Below, piece by piece: positions 16,154-25,709 of a DNA stretch of 28,445 bases (the first letter of the stretch is position 1; every line of letters begins with the position of its first letter). A program made the translations under genes and the position numbers. Source of the stretch: Thermococcus sp. JdFR-02 (GTDB taxonomy: Archaea > Methanobacteriota_B > Thermococci > Thermococcales > Thermococcaceae); the NCBI GenBank assembly GCA_002009975.1, contig MTLP01000008.1, forward strand, positions 1 through 28,445, in the 5' to 3' direction. The notes below the pieces were generated by a model. It saw only the letters and a program-made list of their open reading frames with translations, did no database searches and was not told the origin of the DNA.

Positions 16154-17944
16154 CTATAAAAACTCTCGCAACATTTCTTCAAACGCTGCGATTGCATTTT
16201 GACGGCACTGCTCAGCTATACGTTGGTTTAGTGATGCTCTGCCTCTTGGAGTATGCAATACGTTATTCCTTTTTTTCCTGCAGTAATCGATATCGTCGTA
16301 TGAAGACAAATAAACCTTTCTTCTTCTCAGCATGTCTTTGAATTGGTTCATTAATTCTCCTCTTAGATCGTATTCTGTAAGATCTTTTCCACACTCCGGA
16401 CATGCAGTTTCTGTCCCTCTAAGTTCTTTTCTACATTTTGGGTTAGGACATATGTAAGAGTACTCAATACGGTTTCTTTTTACTCTTTTAGCTTTCTTTT
16501 TTAGGTAAGTTCGTATCCTTGGAGTTTCTCCATCAGAAATCATTTCTGCTTTAATGAAGAATTCTAAAACTTGCCAAGAAAGGATAACAATTTCTTCATA
16601 TGTCTTATTTTGATATTTTTCTTTTAATTCATTATAATATTGCTGTGATTTTGAGAAAAAGTCTTTCGCCTTTATACTTGAATATTTAGACAGTTTTCGC
16701 TGGATATATATGTCAATTTCTGATAATTTAGGTTCGATAGGTTTTTCAGCATAATTTTCGGCAAAATCGTTTATTGAATAGCCATAACTATCCCACTGTT
16801 TAAAGAACTCTAAAACGTGCTCATCCAATACAAACATTTCGATTAGCATGTTGGTTACAGTATAGCCGCAACCTGCGTTTATTAAAAGTTGATCCAATTT
16901 TCCTGGAATTTTCCTCTTTTCGATACGGGGATTTTTTACTAATAGATTGAATATTTTTAATCCTTCTGATGGGTCTATTTTATTAATTTCGAGTTCCTGA
17001 TAGAACTTCCAGATTTTCGTTAGACCTTGATTAAAGTAGGGTGAAGATTCAGCTATTTTATTTATGAGATTTGGAATGTGTTGCTTTATTTTATTCTTAT
17101 AGACACTTTCTATTAGTTCCTTATCTATCTGTCTTTTTCCCTTTTCAAATGCTTCTTTGCAGAGACGTTTACATCTGCTCAGAAGAGTTCTTGGGTTACC
17201 TTCAGAGATTTTCATAAGATACTGTGTAGCGTCTTCTGTAAAAACATCGTTCAGATTTTTAGAAACGGTTTTGAGTCTTCTCTCAACTATCTCTTTGACT
17301 TCAGCTGCATTAAGCATGTCTAATTCAATGGCGTTCTCGCGGTCTAAGTAACTTAAGTCTTTGGAATTCAAAAATTCCCAGTCTGGTGAACAGGAAATTA
17401 TTGTCAGCGCGCTGATCTTAAGTCGCTGTAACATGTTTTGATTATCCTTTAAAAATTTGTTAATAACTGCCATATCCTTTTTTGAATTTAGTTTATCCAG
17501 CTCATCTATGCAGAATACAGGCAGTATAGGAATCTCACCGCGCGTATAATGTTCCATAACTTCTTTTAGATTTTCTGGAGAGTATTCTGGACAATCTCTT
17601 ATTCCCATCTTTGCAACTAAATTCTTATAGATAATTTTAAAAATATGTGTGGCAATTTGATAGGGGTCCCTCTTTATAGAGGAGATGTCTGGTTCTATTT
17701 TAATTCCGAAAGCATTGTCATGCAAACTGGCTTTGTACGTAATAACGTTAAGGAGAGTGGATTTTCCAATGCCTCTGGGCCCTATCAGCAGTCTTAAGTC
17801 TCCTTGCTTGCTGTCAAAAATTTTCTCAATTTCTCCTAAAATAGATTTTATTTTTCTAGTTTCTACAAATATTTCGTAATCTCCCAATGAAGGATCCAGT
17901 GGAACATCTCTCCAAGGATCCTTTGAAAATCCGAACCAATCCAT
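16154..17944 (-). CDS. AAA+ ATPase fused to a C-terminal HEPN-like domain with inserted Zn ribbon (candidate defence protein)
   Basis: Walker A GPRGIGKS, Walker B CIDELD, sensor-2 SEGNPR; C-terminus SWQVLEFFIK..CPNPKC..CPEC..RNNVLH (RxxxxH); canonical BRE-TATA CGAAAGATTTAATA upstream; AT-rich. Confidence 0.85.
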   Translation of the reverse strand: MDWFGFSKDPWRDVPLDPSLGDYEIFVETRKIKSILGEIEKIFDSKQGDLRLLIGPRGIGKSTLLNVITYKASLHDNAFGIKIEPDISSIKRDPYQIATHIFKIIYKNLVAKMGIRDCPEYSPENLKEVMEHYTRGEIPILPVFCIDELDKLNSKKDMAVINKFLKDNQNMLQRLKISALTIISCSPDWEFLNSKDLSYLDRENAIELDMLNAAEVKEIVERRLKTVSKNLNDVFTEDATQYLMKISEGNPRTLLSRCKRLCKEAFEKGKRQIDKELIESVYKNKIKQHIPNLINKIAESSPYFNQGLTKIWKFYQELEINKIDPSEGLKIFNLLVKNPRIEKRKIPGKLDQLLINAGCGYTVTNMLIEMFVLDEHVLEFFKQWDSYGYSINDFAENYAEKPIEPKLSEIDIYIQRKLSKYSSIKAKDFFSKSQQYYNELKEKYQNKTYEEIVILSWQVLEFFIKAEMISDGETPRIRTYLKKKAKRVKRNRIEYSYICPNPKCRKELRGTETACPECGKDLTEYDLRGELMNQFKDMLRRRKVYLSSYDDIDYCRKKRNNVLHTPRGRASLNQRIAEQCRQNAIAAFEEMLREFL

Positions 17945-18248
17945 CCAGTTAATTTTAGACCCTCCAACCCAACATTATATTGATATTAAAAAGGTTACTT
18001 TAAAATACTCCGTATTAAATCTTTCGAAACCGGAACTGAATTGTAGAACTGCATAAGTGCGTTATAGCAACGGCAGTACACACGAGCGAAATTTCACCAG
18101 AGTTGGCATGACCATTTGACTCTTATAACAGACGGGAGGGAAGAAAGGATTTAATAGTCAATGACATAGTTCCAAAGGTGTTAAAGGATGGAATTTTTAT
18201 ATTCTGTGTTGCATTAAATTTATTAAGATTATTAAGCTAAATATAACT

Positions 18249-19532
18249 ATGAAAGAAGAATTTTTAAAAATAATTCTTATAACAGGTCTAATCATTGTTT
18301 TTAATGCCATTCCAACTAGTGCAATTACATCCCCAGAGGATTACTTATATGAATATAATTACACCAGCGAGAAGACATATATAGAAACCATTTATTTTGA
18401 TGGAACTATTTTGTATTTATTTGTATATTGCACCTCGGAGTGCACCATTGTAGTTTTTGATCCTGAAAATATGGTACCGTATTTTGATAAGAATAAACTT
18501 ATTGAAATATTTAAAAATCTCGAAACGAAAAATTACATTAAGGCTAAAAATATCAAACCAGACCTTTATGATAATGTGATAAATGATTTAGGTGTAGATG
18601 GGGCGACTACTTGCAGAGTGTTTGATTATACCGATGTAGTAAAAGATACTGCTATAATTCAAACAGAAAATGTGATCATTAATTACTTGCCAAATAACGA
18701 TAGACAAAAAGCATTGTATATAGCTGCGGTGATAAATAAAGCAGCTGATGTAAGAAAATATAGTGTGCCAATTGTAACTTTGTCGGTTGCTTGTTGGGGG
18801 GAGGATATTGTACTTAGTGAATTTACAACAAATGGGAAAACTGCTAAGGAATCCATCATAAATTTAAATAAAAACATTTTCTTGACAGGACAGCCTGATA
18901 CGTTATTTTCTTCTCATAAAAGATTTGTCTTAAGTCTTAGAACACAAAAATTTTCTCCAAAAACTATTGAAAATACTATTTTAACAATAATTAAAAACCT
19001 TCTGGGTGGTGATGAGGAATTGATAATAACCAAAATAAATAAATGGCATGATAAAACATCCATTTATTTCAAACCAGAAGAACTTAATATTATCAATTCA
19101 AAGGCGACCGAAAATTCTAATAAGTCAATTACTAGATTAGAAAAATTAAAAAAAGAAGTATCTGAGAATATAACAAGTCTTTCAGAGGAAATACAATCAG
19201 AAATTACCAAACGTAAAAATAAACTTCCATATTCTCTATTATTTGATTTTAATTATACTTTAGCTGATAACAGACTCTTAATCGCCAAAAATTTTTTGAA
19301 AGACGCAAAAACATCTTTCCAGGCTTATAGATACAATACAGCAAAACAACTGTTACAAAAAGGTTATTCGGCATTAGCAGAAGCCAAATCTGCAAGACAA
19401 AAAGCCGAAAACACAAAACCCACCTTATGGAAATTAGGTGTGTGGATTTTGGTTATATTTGGATCATTATACTTTAAAAAATTAAAATTTGCTGCTTTAG
19501 TAATTTTTCTTTTGATTTTAATTATTGTGTGA
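18249..19532 (+). CDS. Secreted/membrane-anchored coiled-coil protein (AT-rich)
   Basis: Signal peptide ending PTSA|I, C-terminal coiled coil and two TM helices; BRE-TATA GAAAGGATTTAATA at about 18143-18156. Confidence 0.8.
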   Translation: MKEEFLKIILITGLIIVFNAIPTSAITSPEDYLYEYNYTSEKTYIETIYFDGTILYLFVYCTSECTIVVFDPENMVPYFDKNKLIEIFKNLETKNYIKAKNIKPDLYDNVINDLGVDGATTCRVFDYTDVVKDTAIIQTENVIINYLPNNDRQKALYIAAVINKAADVRKYSVPIVTLSVACWGEDIVLSEFTTNGKTAKESIINLNKNIFLTGQPDTLFSSHKRFVLSLRTQKFSPKTIENTILTIIKNLLGGDEELIITKINKWHDKTSIYFKPEELNIINSKATENSNKSITRLEKLKKEVSENITSLSEEIQSEITKRKNKLPYSLLFDFNYTLADNRLLIAKNFLKDAKTSFQAYRYNTAKQLLQKGYSALAEAKSARQKAENTKPTLWKLGVWILVIFGSLYFKKLKFAALVIFLLILIIV

Positions 19533-19568
19533 TTCCAAATCATACAATAAATCCTTGAAAGAGCATCT

Positions 19569-20423
19569 TTAAGTAATTTCATCTAATGTTCTTAATTCTA
19601 TCCTGGATACATTATTTAATGGGACATCAACTAAGTAAGTTGTTCCGTCTTTTCTTTTCTTCAGAATTTGGACAGAATTAGAATCAATTCTTTTTATTCT
19701 TCCAGTAATACTTTTCTTAGGATTTTTTAAATATATCTCACCGTAACGAAATGAATCTTTTGTAATTCCCTTTTCTAATGCGATGAGAGTTAATGCTAGA
19801 AAGATATGTAGGTAAATAAATATACCGGTTGGAATCGATGTTTTTGATATTAAAATCATATATCCGAATATAAACAGAATATATGAGCGTAAACCTATAA
19901 AAAAGACAATATAAATTACTGCAGCAAGGAGGAATCTTTTATTTTCATTCAATAATCTAAAAGTATTCTCAAAAACCCTACTTATTACTACCATTATTGG
20001 ATTTAATGGTTTGTTATTTCTATCATTAGACTTTAGGAACTCTTTTATTATTGGATCTACTTCGTCATATGAAAATTTTGTTTCACATCTCATGCTTTTC
20101 ATAATAGCTAACCAAGCTATTATTGAAGAATAAGTTATCGTAATAATTTTTAATAAGGTACTGTAAAATTCACTTTCTATTATAAACCATGAGCGGGGAA
20201 AATATTGAATGGTAAAATATACCAAATAAAGCGATAAACCAAGATAATAAAATAAATAAAACATACCTAGGAAATTTTTAGAATATGATTCAATTTTAAC
20301 GGTATGACGGGTGTAAAAATAACCAAAATAAGGAAAAAGTGAGGCTATCACTATATAAATTAAATTTGAATTAATTAATCGAGGGAGTAGCGATTCTAGC
20401 ATTAAATTTTGAAATTCTGACAT
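19569..20423 (-). CDS. Polytopic membrane protein with C-terminal Sm/SH3-like beta domain (AT-rich)
   Basis: Start moved to ATG 20423 (RBS GGTGAGG); about 6 TM; tail EIYLKN..ITGRIKRIDSNSVQI..VDVPLNNVSRIEL. Confidence 0.75.
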   Translation of the reverse strand: MSEFQNLMLESLLPRLINSNLIYIVIASLFPYFGYFYTRHTVKIESYSKNFLGMFYLFYYLGLSLYLVYFTIQYFPRSWFIIESEFYSTLLKIITITYSSIIAWLAIMKSMRCETKFSYDEVDPIIKEFLKSNDRNNKPLNPIMVVISRVFENTFRLLNENKRFLLAAVIYIVFFIGLRSYILFIFGYMILISKTSIPTGIFIYLHIFLALTLIALEKGITKDSFRYGEIYLKNPKKSITGRIKRIDSNSVQILKKRKDGTTYLVDVPLNNVSRIELRTLDEIT

Positions 20424-20472
20424 CAGCCTCACCAACAAACTAAAATATAGAGTATGAAAAAGATAAAGGTTT

Positions 20473-20680
20473 CTACATTGTTAAAAAAGTGGCCAAGGAG
20501 ACTATTTCCAAAGCCTCCAGCTCCTCCAAACCCTGTTAAAGGTTGTTTTACTCATGCCCAGCTCCTCTATTATCTCCTTCTTTTGGAGAGGTCAAAGAGC
20601 CTGTTGTCTATCAGAAAGTCAAATATCCTGAGCTGGGACGATCTTCCAAGGGCACGCGACAACAGAGACTCTTTTTCCAT
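20473..20680 (-). pseudogene. Frameshifted, truncated winged-helix transcriptional regulator
   Basis: Manual translation across two frameshifts (about 20582 and 20525): MEKESLLSRALGRSSQLRIFDFLIDNRLFDLSK/KEIIEELGMSKTTFNRVW/ELEALEIV, an ArsR/TrmB-like wHTH that lacks its wing. Not in the ORF track. Confidence 0.75.
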
Positions 20681-20920
20681 TAAAGACATACTCGCTTATA
20701 TTCTTGGGGGATAATAAAAAAGAATTTGCTCAATCAGAATGATTTCTCCTTCATCTCTTTAGCATAGATTTTTTTGGTCGCCAAGCATCAATTTTACCTC
20801 CCGAAAGAAATATCCGCCTATCAACGCTTAGAAATAAATAAAGAGAACCTTCTCCCTCACAAATGGTATCCGACGTTATGTTTATACTTTGTTATAGAAA
20901 TGTTTAAACAGTGAGAAGCG

Positions 20921-21091
20921 ATGGACATCGAAGTGCGCATGGTGCTGCAGGGCGAAGAGGTCGTTGAACGTGTGGTGAAGCGCATAGGCAACAGCGGTCA
21001 CGTAACGCTACCAAGCAACTGGATAGGCGAGAAGGTGAAGGTGATACGCCTGAAAAAGGATACGCAGGCAGAAGATGGAGGAGAAGGATGA
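20921..21091 (+). CDS. DUF2080-family (AbrB-like, transposon-associated) small protein, 56 aa
   Basis: Manual translation MDIEVRMVLQGEEVVERVVKRIGNSGHVTLPSNWIGEKVKVIRLKKDTQAEDGGEG; VK..GNSGHV.LP..WIG.KVKVI signature; ATGA overlap with 21088. Not in the ORF track. Confidence 0.88.
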   Translation: MDIEVRMVLQGEEVVERVVKRIGNSGHVTLPSNWIGEKVKVIRLKKDTQAEDGGEG

Positions 21092-21432
21092 GGAAAGTCG
21101 AACTAACCTCTGAATATGACTGCTTCCGCAAGCGCTGGTTCAGCGACTTCTGCGCCGAGTGCGAAGCCTTCGAGCGCTGTTCTGCGAGGGTGTGGCTTAA
21201 GTTCACCATGAAAGCACCGCACCTCGCAAGAAGAAAGTCTGGCTTCCTTCGTAGAGCGAAAGCTAATTTTAAGAAGCAACATTCCAGTCAAAAACGAAGA
21301 CACCCCAAGAAGAGGTATCCAGAGAAAAAGCACCCTGTCCTGAGACATTCCCATAAAAGAGGATACCATCCAAGGTATCCAGAGGAAAGTTTAAGAAAAG
21401 GTGAAAAGAGAACCTACTCGAAAAGACGTTGA
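21088..21432 (+). CDS. Small 4-Cys, highly basic protein
   Basis: DCFRKRWFSDFCAECEAFERC, then a Lys/Arg/His/Pro-rich tail; coupled to the DUF2080 gene. Confidence 0.6.
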   Translation: MRKVELTSEYDCFRKRWFSDFCAECEAFERCSARVWLKFTMKAPHLARRKSGFLRRAKANFKKQHSSQKRRHPKKRYPEKKHPVLRHSHKRGYHPRYPEESLRKGEKRTYSKRR

Positions 21433-21510
21433 GAAGCGAAAGGTTGAAGTGGGATAAGGAAGGAGGTTTTTAAGAATCCCACCTTATATCTGTTGGGTGA
21501 GGTGGTTGAG

Positions 21511-22341
21511 ATGCGTGCGAAGGCTGTGCTTGCTGTAACGCTGGCAGTATTAATCGCAGTGGCGACGCTGCCGCAGGCGTGGGCGTACGTGGAGGATCCG
21601 TTTGACGAGATTGAAAGCAAACTGGTTGAAAAGTATAACATCAAACACGACAGGCACTTTGTAGACCGGAGAGCGCTTGCCAAAGTCCTCGAAAGTAAAC
21701 CGGAGTCTGAGCTGACAGCCGAAGAGGCTTACTGGCTTGCCTTTTGGGAGATTTCTAAAAGCATTGAGAAAACCAAGCACTACGCAGACCTGATGCTCCA
21801 GAAGGACAGCTCACACCAGTACCAAGTACTCTATTATAGGGTATTAGCTGATGCTTATGGCGGAGCAAACATGGGTTACCCAGATATCGAGCTGACGAAG
21901 AAAGAGGCAGAGTATGCAATGAAGGTCATCGAATTGAACCCTGACGGTCAAGTGGGTGACTACAACTACTGGAGCATGCTTGCCAGCGCACTCATGCGCC
22001 CCAGCGAGATCGACCTCTCCTTAGTTTCGGAGAAGGTCTGGAAGTTCCCGCAGGAGATATACGAGAGCGGCGAGTACAAGTACCTGAAAACGCAGGACGA
22101 CCTGAAGAAGATAGGCTATTACAAGTGGAAGGAAGAGGTTGCAGAGCCGCACCTGGAGAAGCTCGGGAACACGTTCACCTGGAAGCTTGCCAGAAAGCTG
22201 CCAGTGATAAAAGACAGCAAGGAGTACACGAGCCTCTTCGGTGCATTTGGCTGGTACATAATGGGTGCTGCTGCGGTTTTCGTGGCTATCATGGGATACC
22301 TCGCGGTGAGAAGGCTCAGGAGTAGGGCAGGGACTGCGTAG
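21511..22341 (+). CDS. Secreted helical protein with C-terminal membrane anchor
   Basis: RBS GGTGAGGTGG before ATG 21511; signal peptide ending AWA|Y; C-terminal TM followed by RRLRSR. Confidence 0.85.
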   Translation: MRAKAVLAVTLAVLIAVATLPQAWAYVEDPFDEIESKLVEKYNIKHDRHFVDRRALAKVLESKPESELTAEEAYWLAFWEISKSIEKTKHYADLMLQKDSSHQYQVLYYRVLADAYGGANMGYPDIELTKKEAEYAMKVIELNPDGQVGDYNYWSMLASALMRPSEIDLSLVSEKVWKFPQEIYESGEYKYLKTQDDLKKIGYYKWKEEVAEPHLEKLGNTFTWKLARKLPVIKDSKEYTSLFGAFGWYIMGAAAVFVAIMGYLAVRRLRSRAGTA

Positions 22342-22359
22342 CTTCCCTACTCTCTCTCC

Positions 22360-25296
22360 TCAGTACACCGTGAAGGTCACAACCTTCAGGTACTTTTTCT
22401 TCTTGAAAAAGGTTCCCTCCTCTTGGTAGAGGGCAGTGCTGTTGCTGCAGTTAGGCGTCACGTCATTGCACTCTGGCGGAACTTTCTCCTCATAGAACCA
22501 CTTCCTATAAACCTCCGACGCAGGGTAGTCGACGTGATTAAGTATCGCCGTTATCTCAGCCGAACTCACTCCAGCATCACTTAGATTATGCGAGCCACGA
22601 TACTCCAGGTCGGCTTTCACCTCGCTACTCAGCGCCCACTTCGTACTGCAGAATTCCTGCACAAGATAGCATGTTATGTTGTCAGGATTGGTTGTCCATG
22701 CCGGAGCCACAGAGAACCTGTCGGTGATCGTGTGCCAGGTTTTGCCTCGATAGTAGACGTAGGCGATGGTGCTCGTCGGAATGTAAGTATACTCTAGGTC
22801 GTTGGGCTTATAGTCGGTGCTCTGCTTCGTGGGATCGTACACGTACACAACAAACTCGTTGCCCCAGAACGTATCAACGTAGGAGACACCCACAGCGTAC
22901 TGCTTCGGTGCAGGCACGCACTGCACCTGCTTGCTGCACTTGAGGCTGCCCACCCTTGCCTCAAGTGTGTGATAGATATTGCTGCTGCAGGTTATCGTCA
23001 CGCTCTTGCTGAACCTTCCTGTCGAGTCTGTCGTGACCGTAGCGATCAGGTTACCGTCCAGGTAAATGCCCACCGGCTCGTTTGGCACGCCTCTCCCGCT
23101 GGCGTCCTTCACGTAACCGTTGAAAACCACGCTCTGCCCGCTGTTCACCTGTGTCGCGCTCACGGAGCAGGTCACGCTCGCCGGTGTAGAGCAGCAGTTG
23201 CTCGCTGAGTACGTCTTCGAGATCACCGTGCCCGTGCAGCCGCCGTTGCAGTCGCCGGTGGCGCATTCTGTCGCCTTTACTGTAACGCTGGTAGCCCTGC
23301 TACAGTCCAGAAGCGAGTCGTACGCAGACTTCGGTACGGAAAGGCTGAAGTAACCTGTGGGCGGGTTACCGCTCACGTCGGTCATGGTGCAGGCGACGCG
23401 CTGGCCGTTGATGTAGAGTTCCACCTTACCTCTGACGCCAGCGTTATCTCTTGTGAGCCTGCCGCTCACGCTTATCCCCGTGCTGCAGATGCCGTCCAGA
23501 TTTACGTTCAGGTTGCTGAAGGTGAGCGTGTCTGTGCTGGGCACGCACTGCCCATTGACACATATATACCCGGGAGGACAGTCAGCATCGCTGGTGCAGC
23601 CGCCCCCTGGCTGGCAGGTTCCGTTAACGCAGCGATAGCCCGGCGGACAATCGCTGTCGGAGCAGCACCCGTTTGTGGCGTCTACGCAACTACCGTCGGG
23701 ACAGGGCTTGGTCCCGCTCGGGCAGAGGCACGCGCTGGTAGAGCACTCGTGCTCCACTCCCTTCGGGTCGGTCCAGCGCACCCATATCGGTGTGGAGCCA
23801 GCGGGCTTTGGCTTGGTGAGGCGGTAGTAGCCCTGGGAATCGGTGGTGACAGCGAAGTTTGAGCCCCAGGCAGCGTGGTAGATGAAAACGGTCTCGCCTG
23901 CCTGCGGGCGGCAGCCGCTTGGGGTGTTGTAGCAGACGCGACCGCTAACAGTTACTGTGCCGTCGCCGTTGTCGGTGCAGTCGCAACTCAGTGAGTAGTT
24001 GCAGAATACCCAGTTGTTGGCGCAGGTCTGGCAGGAGGTCTCGCACCAGGTCTGGCAGCCGCTCTGGCAGGAGAACAAGCACGGGCTACCTTCACAGGCG
24101 GTCTCACAGCCCACTAAGCACGAGGTCTCGCACTGACCGCCGAATGGGTTGCTGCATGTTTGTGGCGGCGGCTCTATCGTGACCCATACGCCGCTCTGGC
24201 CGCCGACGACCCAGTGAAGATGATCGGGGGGATAGCTTCGTGCGATGCCCTCTCTGACCATCCAGTGATTATCTGGGTAGGGGGTTGACCAGTATAACTC
24301 GTCGGTGATGATTGGGCGTATCCTTACGATACCGGTGCCGTCACCATTGTCTCGGACTTCTTTCACCTGGTCTCGGATGCGCCAGCTCACATAGTACTGT
24401 GCGCCAAGCTGGTTCAGGATATTCTCCAGGTCCTGTGCTGCCTTGCGGGCTGCTTGATCGAGGGGCATGTTTTGGGACTGCCAGTAATACCAGGTCTTTA
24501 GGGCAAACTCATTTGCGTAGTATCTTTCCCAGAGCTTCATCTGTTTGATCAGCTCAAGCGGTCTTGCAGGAATCCGCTGACCGTTGATTTCGATTGTAAT
24601 TCGATAGCCGCTAGAAACTTCAGGCGTGCCGATAACTTCTTTAGCAAAGGCTTCTGGAAGGGAAGACTTCTTCAGCGTGCTACCCAGCAGAGCGCCGGCT
24701 GCGTTGGCACCTATTGCTTTGAGCACGCCCCTGCGGGAAGCAAGGATACCTTCAGGATACGGATGCTCGATTACACTGAATGCCCAGCCTATCTGTAATT
24801 CGAGCGCTTCTGGCTCCTCGGTGAAGAAATAGTCGCTAACCCAAGCCCGGCCAAGCTTCTCGTCATACTCGCTCTCAGCGAGAATGACATCAAGTTCGGC
24901 CTCTATGAATGTTTTTAGCTGACCGTAAGCTTTTTCCGCCTCGTTCCTGCGCTCTTTCAACCAGCCGTCTAAAAAGCGAGGGCGGAGACGGAAGTCGAGA
25001 CGCAGGAAACCGTGTTCAAAGCAGGAGACCTCCCTGATAAGAAAGACGTTTATTTTTTCAGCGAACTGCTTTATCTTCTCTGCGGTGTCTGTTGCCCAAG
25101 CAATGTAGTCCTGTTGCCATCCCTGATTGTAGCTTGCGCACCAGAGTCCATGAATTTTCTGAAGCCTGATTACATAGGGTGAGGCGTCACTGCGGAGTAC
25201 GACTGTGATCCTATAATGGTCTTTTTCATCAATCAGCGCAACGCAGGATGTGCGGTTGAGAATCTCTAACTTCTCGCCACTATTGCCAGTCATCAT
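22360..25296 (-). CDS. 978-aa Cys-rich multidomain exported protein with embedded CxxxC repeat (putative radical SAM substrate)
   Basis: Internal SRRGVLK Tat-like motif (aa 187), CxxxC array (aa 381-432), CxxDxDCPPGYxCVNGxC repeats, Ig/carboxypeptidase-regulatory-like repeats (VTTDSQGYY, VTTDSTGRFS); RBS GGAGTGA. Confidence 0.85.
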   Translation of the reverse strand: MMTGNSGEKLEILNRTSCVALIDEKDHYRITVVLRSDASPYVIRLQKIHGLWCASYNQGWQQDYIAWATDTAEKIKQFAEKINVFLIREVSCFEHGFLRLDFRLRPRFLDGWLKERRNEAEKAYGQLKTFIEAELDVILAESEYDEKLGRAWVSDYFFTEEPEALELQIGWAFSVIEHPYPEGILASRRGVLKAIGANAAGALLGSTLKKSSLPEAFAKEVIGTPEVSSGYRITIEINGQRIPARPLELIKQMKLWERYYANEFALKTWYYWQSQNMPLDQAARKAAQDLENILNQLGAQYYVSWRIRDQVKEVRDNGDGTGIVRIRPIITDELYWSTPYPDNHWMVREGIARSYPPDHLHWVVGGQSGVWVTIEPPPQTCSNPFGGQCETSCLVGCETACEGSPCLFSCQSGCQTWCETSCQTCANNWVFCNYSLSCDCTDNGDGTVTVSGRVCYNTPSGCRPQAGETVFIYHAAWGSNFAVTTDSQGYYRLTKPKPAGSTPIWVRWTDPKGVEHECSTSACLCPSGTKPCPDGSCVDATNGCCSDSDCPPGYRCVNGTCQPGGGCTSDADCPPGYICVNGQCVPSTDTLTFSNLNVNLDGICSTGISVSGRLTRDNAGVRGKVELYINGQRVACTMTDVSGNPPTGYFSLSVPKSAYDSLLDCSRATSVTVKATECATGDCNGGCTGTVISKTYSASNCCSTPASVTCSVSATQVNSGQSVVFNGYVKDASGRGVPNEPVGIYLDGNLIATVTTDSTGRFSKSVTITCSSNIYHTLEARVGSLKCSKQVQCVPAPKQYAVGVSYVDTFWGNEFVVYVYDPTKQSTDYKPNDLEYTYIPTSTIAYVYYRGKTWHTITDRFSVAPAWTTNPDNITCYLVQEFCSTKWALSSEVKADLEYRGSHNLSDAGVSSAEITAILNHVDYPASEVYRKWFYEEKVPPECNDVTPNCSNSTALYQEEGTFFKKKKYLKVVTFTVY
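23545..23664 (-). repeat. Two tandem CxSDxDCPPGYxCVNGxC modules
   Basis: CSDSDCPPGYRCVNGTC and CTSDADCPPGYICVNGQC in the 978-aa ORF. Confidence 0.85.
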
Positions 25297-25424
25297 ATCA
25301 CTCCCGGCAGAAAGGGAGGGATGGTTTCTAAAAAGATCACTTTTCGGGCAATTCTAGGGGAACACAAGAGGAGATCCGCCACGCTTCAGTGGTCTTTCCA
25401 AACCGTAGAAAAAAAGAGAGCACT

Positions 25425-25456
25425 GCTCGGACTGGCGGGGGTGGACCAGTCCGAGC
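25425..25456 (-). terminator. 11-bp perfect hairpin followed by a T-tract on the minus strand
   Basis: GCTCGGACTGG(25425-25435)-N10-CCAGTCCGAGC(25446-25456); the minus strand continues AGTGCTCTCTTTTTTT. Confidence 0.5.
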
Positions 25457-25709
25457 GGGCGACGGAGGGGGAATTGCTGGCACTGATTATCTTGCATAAA
25501 CAGATATAAGTTACTTCTCCGAGAGCGCCGGAAAACTGACACAATAATGCTGAGCAAGCCTGTTATTTCAACCAAGAGACAAATCTTGGCGCAACGTCCT
25601 GATTCATTCTAATCACGGCAAAGAAGTGATTTGGAGTAGTTCACGTCAAGCGGGTTGCTGCGGTCTCGCTTTTTTTATACATCTTCTTTACTCTGCTTCT
25701 GGTGGTTGC

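Noticed and set aside
20454-20714. 86-aa plus-strand ORF
   Set aside because: Antisense shadow of the wHTH pseudogene.
20904-21209. 101-aa minus-strand ORF
   Set aside because: Antisense to the well-supported DUF2080 gene.
25321-25575. Small ORFs as RiPP precursor or PqqD/RRE for the rSAM enzyme
   Set aside because: No Cys-rich core, RRE-like pattern or RBS; the region is better explained as promoters and a hairpin.
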